This document shows, one piece after another, positions 56,196 through 64,000 of a stretch of DNA of 64,000 bases. The first letter of the stretch is position 1; each line of letters begins with the position of its first letter. The stretch spans positions 1 through 64,000 of IMG/VR virus record IMGVR_UViG_3300031857_016701. One strand, written 5' to 3'. The position numbers were made by a program, and so were the translations under genes. The stretch comes from a virus. Taxonomy: Duplodnaviria; Heunggongvirae; Uroviricota; Caudoviricetes. The notes beneath the pieces are model-generated. The model was not told where the DNA came from. It made no database searches and saw only the letters and a program-made list of their open reading frames with translations.

Positions 56196-56722
56196 GTAAA
56201 AAGAAAATTCTATTATTGTCTGATGATTTGCGTATGCATAGTGGTATTGCTACTATGTCCCGAGAATTGGTATTGGGTACTGTTCATCATTATGATTGGG
56301 TACAAATTGCAGGAGCAATTAAACATCCAGAAGCAAATAAGGTTGTTGATTTGAGTCAAGCAACAAGAGATATGGTTAAAATTCCAGATGCGTATGTTAA
56401 ATTATATCCTACTGATGGTTATGGTAGTGACCAGATGTTATTTGCTGTAATGCAAGCGGAAAAACCAGATGCAATCATGCATTTTACCGATCCTAGATTT
56501 TGGGGATGGTTGTACGCAATTGAAAAACAAGTTAGAGCTAAAGTACCACTAACATATCTTCATATTTGGGATGATCTACCATATCCAATGTGGAACAGAC
56601 CATTCTATCAGAGTTGTGATGCGTTGTTTGCTATTAGTAAACAGTCAAACAATATTGCTAAACATGTATTAGGTGCAGAAAACTGTTTCTCACTAGACGA
56701 AGTTAACAATCAACCAGTTTAA
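56192..56722 (+). CDS. GT4-family glycosyltransferase, N-terminal domain only (split gene or frameshift)
   Basis: GT-B N-domain-like sequence. Ends 7 nt before the C-domain ORF, which is in another frame. Confidence 0.45.
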   Translation: MSKKKILLLSDDLRMHSGIATMSRELVLGTVHHYDWVQIAGAIKHPEANKVVDLSQATRDMVKIPDAYVKLYPTDGYGSDQMLFAVMQAEKPDAIMHFTDPRFWGWLYAIEKQVRAKVPLTYLHIWDDLPYPMWNRPFYQSCDALFAISKQSNNIAKHVLGAENCFSLDEVNNQPV

Positions 56723-56729
56723 TAAAGTT

Positions 56730-57716
56730 ATGCCATTTAAAAATAAAAAACATTTGTTACATTTAGTTCCACACGGTATCAATAGTGATGTATTTAGACC
56801 ACTAAGTTCCACCGAAAAACTTGTTAAAGATAAGAAGAAACAATTATTCGGTGATAAACAATATGACTTCGTATTGTTTTACAATAGTCGTAATGTACAA
56901 CGCAAAAAGACAAGTAATGCAGTATTAGCTTTTAGAGCTTTTTGTGATAATCTTACAACCGAACAAGCAGCTAAGTGTGTATTTGTATTACATACCGAAA
57001 AAGTACAAGATGCAGGTACTGATCTGCCAGAAGTAATTAAAGCATTATGTCCTAACTATGACGTAGTATTTGTTGAAAACAAGATTAGTCCAGAAGAAAT
57101 GTGTGCAATGTATAATATTGCAGATGCAACAATTTTAACTAGCTCCAATGAAGGGTTTGGATTAAGCATTGCAGAATCAATTATGTGCGGTACTCCAGTA
57201 ATTGTTAATGTTACTGGTGGATTACAAGATCAGATCGGTCAAGTAGATGATAACGGTAAACCAGTTGAATTTGATTTGAATTTTGGTACCAATAGTGTTG
57301 GCAAATATAGAAATCACGGTGTATGGGCTAAACCTATTTGGCCATGTGTAAAAACAATTCAAGGAAGTGTACCAACACCATATATCTTTGATGATGTTTG
57401 TACATGGGAAGAATCCGCAGAAGCAATTATGTATTGGTATTTAATGTCAAATGACCAACGTGAAAAGTGTGGTTTGGAAGGTCGTCGTTGGGCAATGAAT
57501 GAAGGTGGCATCAATGCAAAGAATATGTGTGATCAATTTATTAAAGCAATGGATTATACTATTAACAACTTTGTTCCAGAACAAGGATTTGATTTGTTTA
57601 CTTTAAATGATCATGTTGGTAATTATCAACCACATAATAGTATTGGTTTAGAAATTCCAAAGATTGATATTGACAAATTGAAGAATGACATTAATACTAC
57701 AGTAGCTAAACTATGA
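56730..57716 (+). CDS. GT4-family glycosyltransferase, C-terminal domain
   Basis: HLVPHGINSDVF hinge motif. SSNEGFGLSIAESIMCGTPVIV (E-x7-E). Confidence 0.55.
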   Translation: MPFKNKKHLLHLVPHGINSDVFRPLSSTEKLVKDKKKQLFGDKQYDFVLFYNSRNVQRKKTSNAVLAFRAFCDNLTTEQAAKCVFVLHTEKVQDAGTDLPEVIKALCPNYDVVFVENKISPEEMCAMYNIADATILTSSNEGFGLSIAESIMCGTPVIVNVTGGLQDQIGQVDDNGKPVEFDLNFGTNSVGKYRNHGVWAKPIWPCVKTIQGSVPTPYIFDDVCTWEESAEAIMYWYLMSNDQREKCGLEGRRWAMNEGGINAKNMCDQFIKAMDYTINNFVPEQGFDLFTLNDHVGNYQPHNSIGLEIPKIDIDKLKNDINTTVAKL

Positions 57717-58393
57717 AAATTCAAGTTTTAAAAAACGAAACTTATCAATCTGTAGATGATCTACCAAAGAAAGGTACTAATAGAGCTACTGGTTTTGATG
57801 TAATTGTTACAAGTGGTCCAGAGATAATTGGGGAAACATATGATAACGGTGCATACAAACGAGTAGATTATATTCAATATAAGACCAATCTTAAACTAGC
57901 TGTACAAAAAGAAAAAGTGTTTAGTAATTTTGGTCATACCGATTTAGACTATGATATTCTAGCATTTCCTCGTAGTAGTGTTAGCAAGTACAATTTAGTA
58001 TTGGCTAACTGTATTGGATTGATCGATGCAGATTACCGTGGAGAAGTATTACTTCGTTTTAAATATCAATGGCAACCAGAAGACTATAAAATTAGAACCG
58101 ATAATCTATTAGAAGGAACGGTAAATTACAGTAAACTATACAATAAAGGCGACAAAGTTTGTCAACTTAAAGTTACTAAAGTAGAAAATGTAGAATTCGT
58201 CATTGTTGATGAATTAGATTCTACTAATAGAGGTGAAGGTGGATTTGGTAGTACCGATACTAAATCAACAGAACAACCTAAACAAACAATGAAAAACATT
58301 GCGGATTTGTATGAAAAAATTAGTGGAAATATTACCACTCCATCAAAAAAATATGTAGATTCAATTAAAGAAAGAGAAAGACAATTAGGATAA
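57713..58393 (+). CDS. dut: dUTPase (long form, 226 aa)
   Basis: RATGFDV (motif 1), RSSVSKYNL (motif 2), GLIDADYRGEV (motif 3). Confidence 0.65.
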   Translation: MKIQVLKNETYQSVDDLPKKGTNRATGFDVIVTSGPEIIGETYDNGAYKRVDYIQYKTNLKLAVQKEKVFSNFGHTDLDYDILAFPRSSVSKYNLVLANCIGLIDADYRGEVLLRFKYQWQPEDYKIRTDNLLEGTVNYSKLYNKGDKVCQLKVTKVENVEFVIVDELDSTNRGEGGFGSTDTKSTEQPKQTMKNIADLYEKISGNITTPSKKYVDSIKERERQLG

Positions 58394-58397
58394 ATTT

Positions 58398-59705
58398 ATG
58401 AGCAAACCATTATGTGTAATTCAAGGTCCAGTCTTCAATAGAAGCGGATATGGTGATTTAGCAACCGATTTAGCAAAGAGTATTGTTAGATACGGTAAGT
58501 ATGATGTAAAAATCAATCCTACTAGATGGGGTGGATGTCCATCTAAAGCAACAGTTGAAGATTTATCATCTGATGAGGATAGACAATTAGCAACAATGTT
58601 TCTTACTCAACAATTAAATAAACAACCCGATTTGTTCATTCAAATTAGTATCCCAAATGAATTTCAACCAGTAGGCAAATATAATGTCGGAATTACTGCT
58701 GGTATTGAAACTACAATGGCATCTGGACAATTCGTTGAAGGATTGAATCGTATGAACATGAATATTGTTACCAGTAATCATGTCAAGAAAGTATTTGAAT
58801 CTGCTCAATATCAAAAACAATTTGAGGATGGTCGAAAAGAACTTCTTAAGAGTGAAAAACCAATGGAAGTATGTTTTTGGGGTGCAGATACAACAGTTTA
58901 TAAGAAAACCGATGAAAAGGTTGAATCAATTGAAAGTGTACTTTCTTCTATTCCAGAAAAGTTTGCATTCTTATTCGTAGGACAATGGACTCATAGAAGT
59001 TTATACAATGATCGTAAAGACATTGGTAATCTTATTAAGACATTTAGTAATGCATTTAAGAACAAATCTCCAGAAAATAGACCATGTTTATTATTAAAGA
59101 CAAGCGGAGTTAATTTCTCCGTAGTAGATCGTGATGAAATCTTAGGAAGAATCAAACAAATCCAAGCAGAAGTTGGTGATAATTGTCCAAATGTATATTT
59201 ACTTCACGGTGAATTAACTCCTACGGAAATTAACGGACTATTGAATCATGAAAAAGTAAAAGTACACGTTAGTTTTACTCACGGTGAAGGATTTGGACAT
59301 CCATTGTTGTTGGCTTCATTGAGTGGTAAACCAGTATTATCATCAAATTGGAGTGGACATTTAGATTTCTTGAATCCAAAGTATACATCTTTCTTTGAAG
59401 GTACATTGAAACAAATTGATCCTGCATCTGCAAATGATTGGTTGATTAAAGAATCTAGTTGGTTTTATGTTGCTTATGGATTGGCTGAAGATAAGTTTAA
59501 ACAATATTATCATAGTTACACCCAATCTTTTACAGATAAAGCAGAACAACTTCGTCTTGAAAATGTTGAAAAGTTTAGCCTTCAAGCAATGGATACAAAA
59601 TTGTGGGGAATTTTGGACAAATATGTTCCAGAATTTGCTGTGGAAAAGAAGATTGTACTACCTAAATTGAAGAAGATCGAACTTCCAAAATTAAATAATG
59701 TTTGA
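58398..59705 (+). CDS. GT4-like glycosyltransferase (435 aa)
   Basis: FTHGEGFGHPLLLASLSGKPVL (E-x7-E type motif). Confidence 0.5.
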   Translation: MSKPLCVIQGPVFNRSGYGDLATDLAKSIVRYGKYDVKINPTRWGGCPSKATVEDLSSDEDRQLATMFLTQQLNKQPDLFIQISIPNEFQPVGKYNVGITAGIETTMASGQFVEGLNRMNMNIVTSNHVKKVFESAQYQKQFEDGRKELLKSEKPMEVCFWGADTTVYKKTDEKVESIESVLSSIPEKFAFLFVGQWTHRSLYNDRKDIGNLIKTFSNAFKNKSPENRPCLLLKTSGVNFSVVDRDEILGRIKQIQAEVGDNCPNVYLLHGELTPTEINGLLNHEKVKVHVSFTHGEGFGHPLLLASLSGKPVLSSNWSGHLDFLNPKYTSFFEGTLKQIDPASANDWLIKESSWFYVAYGLAEDKFKQYYHSYTQSFTDKAEQLRLENVEKFSLQAMDTKLWGILDKYVPEFAVEKKIVLPKLKKIELPKLNNV

Positions 59706-60379
59706 TGATTATGTCAAAACCATTCATATCATATTTAGTAACTACTAAAAATACAGGATTTGAACTTCAACTTCTGTTAGAAAGACTATACAAATATGGT
59801 CAAAATAATGAATGTATTATTTTAGATGATTATAGTGATAATCCAGATACGTTACAAATATTAGATAACGTATCTGGTAATAATTTCTTTAAAGTTCATA
59901 AACACAAACTGGATAGAAATTATAGTGAACACAAAAATTATGGTAAAAGTCAATGTCAAGGAGATTATATTTTTCAAATTGATGACGACGAATTGCCATC
60001 TGAAATATTGTTAGATTCATTAAAAGAATTAATTGAATTAAATAGTGACGTTGATTTGTTTTGGATTCCTCGTATAAATGATTTTAAAGGAGTTAATATT
60101 GAAAACTCTAAACAGTGGGGATGGCGATTAACATCCTATGAAGATAGATTAATCGTTAATTGGCCAGATCCACAAGGTAGATTATTTAAAAATGTACATT
60201 ACATTGAATGGAAACGTAGACTACATGAAAAAGTAGAAGGTGCAAAAACATATGTACATTTACCGTCAGTATATGAATTAGCTTTACATCATAATAAAAC
60301 AATTCAAAAACAAATTGAAACTAATGTAAAATATAATAAATTATTTACGGAAGAAGAAAATAAAGGATTTAAAGTATGA
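59702..60379 (+). CDS. GT2-family glycosyltransferase
   Basis: IILDDYSDNPDT and QIDDDE (DxD motifs). Confidence 0.5.
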   Translation: MMIMSKPFISYLVTTKNTGFELQLLLERLYKYGQNNECIILDDYSDNPDTLQILDNVSGNNFFKVHKHKLDRNYSEHKNYGKSQCQGDYIFQIDDDELPSEILLDSLKELIELNSDVDLFWIPRINDFKGVNIENSKQWGWRLTSYEDRLIVNWPDPQGRLFKNVHYIEWKRRLHEKVEGAKTYVHLPSVYELALHHNKTIQKQIETNVKYNKLFTEEENKGFKV

Positions 60380-60425
60380 TATTTTTATGTAATGTATTTA
60401 AAAAAATACAAATATCAAATATAAT

Positions 60426-62294
60426 ATGAATATAGTAATTCCACTTGGAGGAAAAGGAGAACGATTTAAAAATGAAGATTATAATTTACCAAAAGTATTA
60501 ACTCCTGTTTTTGGAAAAAAGATTATATCATGGGTAATAGAATCTTTTAAATTAAATAAAAATGATTGTTTTACTATAATTTATAATAATCATTTGGATC
60601 AATATAATTTTGAAGACGTTTTAAAAAAAGAATATAATTTTAACTTTAATTTCATTAAGTTACCGTTTCAAACATCAGGTCCAGTTGAAACTATTCTATA
60701 TGGTCTATCAAAGTTAGATAATTCAATTTTAGATGAACCACTTATTATTCATGATGGCGATTCATTCATTAAAAATAATATAGTACAAAATATAAACAGC
60801 AAATCAAATACAATATTATATACAATTGATACAAATCCAAATCCTATATTCAGTTATATTCAATTGGATGAACATAATTATGTAACCGATATAAAAGAAA
60901 AATCTAAAATTAGCAATTTTGCTAATATTGGATGTTATACATTTAAAAATTCTCATATCTTTAAAAAATATGCATCTCAATGTGATCAATCATTGAACGA
61001 AATTTATATTTCTCATGTATATAAAAAAATATTAGATAATAAATTAGAAAATGTTATTGGTTATGAAGTAGCAAAAAATGAATATGTATGTTTGGGCACA
61101 CCACTACAAGTAATCGAATTTTGTAGAAACAATACAATTAATTCGTCATCAAAGTTTTGTTTTGATCTTGATAATACATTGGTTACGTATCCAAAAGTAA
61201 ATGGTGATTATACTACAGTCGAACCAATTCAAAGAAATATTGATTTTTTAAATCATCTAAAATCACAAGGACATTATGTTATAATTCATACTGCACGTAG
61301 AATGAAAACGCATAGTGGAAATGTATCTAAGGTAATAAAAGATATTGGAAAAATTACATTCGATACATTAGATAAATTCAACATTCAATATGATGAATTA
61401 TGTTTCGGTAAACCTCACGCAGACTTTTATATTGATGATTTAGCAGTAAATTCATTTTCAAATTTAGAAAAATCAACAGGATTTTATATCAATACTATTA
61501 CTCCAAGAAGTTTTAATACAATTAAAACGACAGAGAATTCTATTATTAAAACATCTGAAAAAGATTTATCGGGGGAAATTTATTATTATAAAAATATACC
61601 AAAAGAAATTTCAGATTTATATCCAAACTTAATTAATTGCGATAATTCTTATTTAGAAATTGAAAAAATTAACGGTACAGTAATGTCTATAATGTATTCA
61701 CATAAAGAATTTACATCTAAACATTTAGATATGTTGTTTAATGTGTTGGATAGAATTCATTCGGTAAATATTGATGATATAAATAATATTAATATTTACG
61801 AAAATTATTCATCAAAATTAAAAAATAGATATGATAACTATAATTATTCCAGATTCAAAAATTCAAAATTGATTTATGACAAAATTCTAAAAAATTTAAA
61901 TGAATATGAAATAAATGGAAAAGGATATAAATCAGTAATTCACGGTGACTTTGTATTTTCTAATATCATTCTAACTGATACTTCAATTAAATTAATTGAT
62001 ATGAGAGGAAAAATTGCAAATAAGGCTACTATATTAGGTGATAAATTTTACGATTATGCAAAGTTATATCAGTCTTTAATAGGTTATGATTTTATATTAA
62101 ATAATAAATCAATTTCATTTTCATATATAGATACATATATCAAATCATTTGAATCAAAATTCGTTTCAATGTATGATGAAGAACAACTTAAATATTTAAA
62201 GAGTTTAACTGCTAGTTTGTTGTTTACATTAATTCCTCTTCATAACGATCATAAATGTGAAGATTACTATAATCTAATAAATTACCTAATTTAA
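60426..62294 (+). CDS. trifunctional fusion: sugar-phosphate nucleotidyltransferase + HAD-family phosphatase + APH/choline-kinase-fold sugar kinase
   Basis: N-terminus MNIVIPLGGKGERF...LPKVLTPVFGKKII (G-x-G-x-R). Middle FDLDNTL...IHTAR...GKP...YIDD (HAD motifs I-IV). C-terminus IHGDFVFSNIIL...LIDMRG (Brenner HGDxxxxN plus D-x-x-G). Confidence 0.55.
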   Translation: MNIVIPLGGKGERFKNEDYNLPKVLTPVFGKKIISWVIESFKLNKNDCFTIIYNNHLDQYNFEDVLKKEYNFNFNFIKLPFQTSGPVETILYGLSKLDNSILDEPLIIHDGDSFIKNNIVQNINSKSNTILYTIDTNPNPIFSYIQLDEHNYVTDIKEKSKISNFANIGCYTFKNSHIFKKYASQCDQSLNEIYISHVYKKILDNKLENVIGYEVAKNEYVCLGTPLQVIEFCRNNTINSSSKFCFDLDNTLVTYPKVNGDYTTVEPIQRNIDFLNHLKSQGHYVIIHTARRMKTHSGNVSKVIKDIGKITFDTLDKFNIQYDELCFGKPHADFYIDDLAVNSFSNLEKSTGFYINTITPRSFNTIKTTENSIIKTSEKDLSGEIYYYKNIPKEISDLYPNLINCDNSYLEIEKINGTVMSIMYSHKEFTSKHLDMLFNVLDRIHSVNIDDINNINIYENYSSKLKNRYDNYNYSRFKNSKLIYDKILKNLNEYEINGKGYKSVIHGDFVFSNIILTDTSIKLIDMRGKIANKATILGDKFYDYAKLYQSLIGYDFILNNKSISFSYIDTYIKSFESKFVSMYDEEQLKYLKSLTASLLFTLIPLHNDHKCEDYYNLINYLI

Positions 62295-62295
62295 A

Positions 62296-63342
62296 ATGTC
62301 ATATAAAATTATAAATTTTGATATTCCATATCATACCGCTGGTAAAAACAGAGAATTCTGTATAGAATACAATAACATTTATATTATCAATAAACAAGGA
62401 GATGACTGTATTATTGATGCGTTTCATAATGGTAAAAAAGTAATAGGTGGTATTGATAAACACCATCAAATGATAGGAAACAGATCGATCATTTACGATA
62501 GTAATGTAACAAACACAAACGAGTCATATGATGTATACGAATCAGACCCTTCATTTTTATTATACGATGCTGCAGGATTAAATTATATTCATTTTTTCTT
62601 TTGTTTCTTTGGTAAATGTTATTACTATGACGAATTGACTAAAGACAACAAAATTAAATTGTATATACCTGAACAATTATATAGAGATACAGGCAAAAGT
62701 AATTTTATCAAACAGTGGTTATCATTGTATTATGAAAAAATTGAAGTTAATATTTTAAAAACAAATATTAGATATAAATTTAATAGTTTAATATTACCAA
62801 ATGCATTTTATAACTTCCCACAACCTTACGGATATGATGCAATATACCCTATGATCCGAAAAGTAACGGATAAAATACCTGTAAATGAATCTTTAAAAAA
62901 TAAAGGAGTCTACATTTCTAGACAAGATACTATAAAAAGAGGGTGGTATCATAATAGAGTTCTAGAAAATGAATTGGAACTAATAGAAAAAATTAAAAAT
63001 AAATTAAACTATGACATCATAGAATTGATGGATTATGACATGGCAGATAAAATTAAACTTTTTAAATCATATAAAACAATAGTTCAACAATCTAGTGCAT
63101 CAGTTATAGGAATATTATTTTCAAATAAAACAACAAATCATATAATTTTAGAACATCCTAAGATGAATTGGTGGTTGACACCAAAATGTAAAGAATTTTC
63201 AAACTTAACAAAATCAACATTAGTTACAGTAGAAGGTTTTGGTGAATTAGTACAATCAGAAAAACAAGTGGACGATAACAACTATCCGTGGAAATTAATT
63301 GAATTAGATTATTTAATTGACAATATAGCTTCTGTATCATAA
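62296..63342 (+). CDS. GT61/DUF563-like glycosyltransferase
   Basis: HFFFCFFGKCYYY ... RVLENELELIEKI ... KIKLFKSYKTIVQQSSASVIGILFSNKTTNHIILE pattern typical of DUF563. Confidence 0.4.
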   Translation: MSYKIINFDIPYHTAGKNREFCIEYNNIYIINKQGDDCIIDAFHNGKKVIGGIDKHHQMIGNRSIIYDSNVTNTNESYDVYESDPSFLLYDAAGLNYIHFFFCFFGKCYYYDELTKDNKIKLYIPEQLYRDTGKSNFIKQWLSLYYEKIEVNILKTNIRYKFNSLILPNAFYNFPQPYGYDAIYPMIRKVTDKIPVNESLKNKGVYISRQDTIKRGWYHNRVLENELELIEKIKNKLNYDIIELMDYDMADKIKLFKSYKTIVQQSSASVIGILFSNKTTNHIILEHPKMNWWLTPKCKEFSNLTKSTLVTVEGFGELVQSEKQVDDNNYPWKLIELDYLIDNIASVS

Positions 63343-63351
63343 CATAAATCT

Positions 63352-64000
63352 ATGAATAATATACTTGAATCAGTAAAATCTTATATTTTAGAAAAACAAT
63401 CAAATAAAAAATGGGAAGCAGGAAAAGATTGGGTCCAATACGCAGGACCATTCTTTGATGATAAAGAATATGTAGCAGCTATTCAATCATTATTAAATGA
63501 ATGGTTAGTCTTAGGACAAGATGCAATTACATTCGAAACAAATTTTCCCAAATTATTTAACAAAGAATATGGAATTCTTACAAATAGCGGTAGTAGTTCT
63601 AATTTATTGATGATGTTGGCAATGACATCAAAAAGATTATACAATCTACCAAAAGGAACCAAAGTAATTACTCCTATTGCAGGATTTCCTACTACTTTAA
63701 ATCCTATTTTTCAAGTGGGATTTGAACCAGTATTCGTTGATATTGATTTGGGTACACTTAATCTCAATTTAGATCAAGTCGAAGAAGCATCAAAGAAAGG
63801 TGCAAAAATTATTACATTTGCACATGTTTTGGGAAACCCACCAAATATGAATCGTTTAATGGAAATCATTAAACAATACAATTTAATTCTTCTAGAAGAC
63901 TGTTGTGATGCGCTTGGATCGACATATGATGGTAAACCATTAGGAAGTTTTGGTGAATTATCAAGTTGTAGTTTTTATCCAGCACATCATATGACGATGG
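63352..64000 (+). CDS. DegT/ColD/E1-family PLP-dependent sugar 3-dehydratase/aminotransferase (3' end truncated by the window)
   Basis: LTNSGSSSNLLMMLA, EDCCDALGSTYDGKPLG, SFYPAHH (His in place of the PLP Lys, as in ColD/E1 dehydratases). Confidence 0.55.
   Translation, partial: MNNILESVKSYILEKQSNKKWEAGKDWVQYAGPFFDDKEYVAAIQSLLNEWLVLGQDAITFETNFPKLFNKEYGILTNSGSSSNLLMMLAMTSKRLYNLPKGTKVITPIAGFPTTLNPIFQVGFEPVFVDIDLGTLNLNLDQVEEASKKGAKIITFAHVLGNPPNMNRLMEIIKQYNLILLEDCCDALGSTYDGKPLGSFGELSSCSFYPAHHMTM

Noticed and set aside
1-64000. Possibility that the window comes from a eukaryotic giant virus (large glycosyltransferase set, GMD, IscU, dUTPase, ligases)
   Set aside because: Several features point to a bacterial virus.
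- Replication uses a T4-type clamp, an SRC-motif clamp loader and a gp43-like pol B.
- Genes are tightly coupled with ATGA overlaps and Shine-Dalgarno-like sites.
- Promoters are sigma70-type and terminators are intrinsic hairpin/U-tract.
- A prepilin-type signal is present.
1-64000. tRNA genes, rRNA, integrase/att sites, CRISPR-cas
   Set aside because: Intergenic gaps are short (mostly under 120 nt) and contain only promoters, hairpins or small ORFs. No cloverleaf-compatible 70-90 nt segment or integrase/recombinase motif was found by eye. This was not checked with tRNAscan.

Overview
The window is AT-rich (about 30% GC by eye, lower across 35-49 kb) and densely packed with short, often overlapping genes. 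It looks like a large T4-like tailed phage (myovirus-type), not a cellular or eukaryotic-virus genome. Three things support this: a T4-style replication module, bacterial sigma70-like promoters with rho-independent terminators, and runs of small early-type ORFs with ATGA start/stop overlaps. The replication module is a family-B DNA polymerase with YTDTDS, an RFC-like clamp loader with an SRC motif, and a sliding clamp.

Content in order:
(1) 0-17 kb: nucleotide and NAD metabolism. This includes an SPFH/band-7 protein, RNA ligase, dCMP deaminase, ATP-dependent DNA ligase, GNAT, a SpoU-type RNA methyltransferase and a NAD+ island. The island is NMNAT-Nudix (NatV-like), NAMPT (NadV-like), a macro domain, a Prs-like kinase with a diverged ribose-5-P loop, and a DNPH1/NDT-like N-glycosidase. 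It also holds a type-IV-pilin-like protein, DHFR and an insertion-bearing thymidylate synthase.
(2) 17-23 kb: small ORFs, a self-contained metallophosphoesterase cassette and a cluster of three homing-endonuclease-like genes (GIY-YIG, T5orf172, HNH).
(3) 23-34 kb: IscU Fe-S scaffold, GDP-mannose 4,6-dehydratase, a fourth HNH gene, an SNF2-like helicase, a basic Gly/Lys-rich protein, a Ser/Thr/Asn-rich repetitive fibre protein and a large SleB-domain cell-wall hydrolase.
(4) 35-49 kb: a roughly 14 kb glycan locus, almost entirely minus strand. It carries GT2, GT4, GT10 fucosyltransferase-like, GT25 x2, GT32, Fringe-like, FkbM methyltransferase x2, an SDR epimerase/dehydratase and a GT4-GH130-like fusion.
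(5) 49-54 kb: clamp loader, clamp and DNA polymerase.
(6) 55-64 kb: Cas4-like Fe-S nuclease, dUTPase and more glycosyltransferases (a split GT4, GT4, GT2, GT61-like). A trifunctional nucleotidyltransferase-HAD-kinase fusion and a ColD/DegT-like PLP sugar dehydratase/aminotransferase also sit here, the latter truncated by the window.

No tRNA, rRNA, CRISPR array or integrase was seen.

The most interesting candidate systems are these:
- the NAD+ reconstitution island with its macro and variant Prs-like members, as a likely counter-defence;
- the phage-borne pilin-like protein;
- the three-domain sugar-activation fusion;
- the GDP-deoxyhexose glycan machinery (GMD + ColD-like + FucT-like);
- IscU alongside an Fe-S nuclease.

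All functional calls are from motif-level reading of the translated ORFs. No database search was run.
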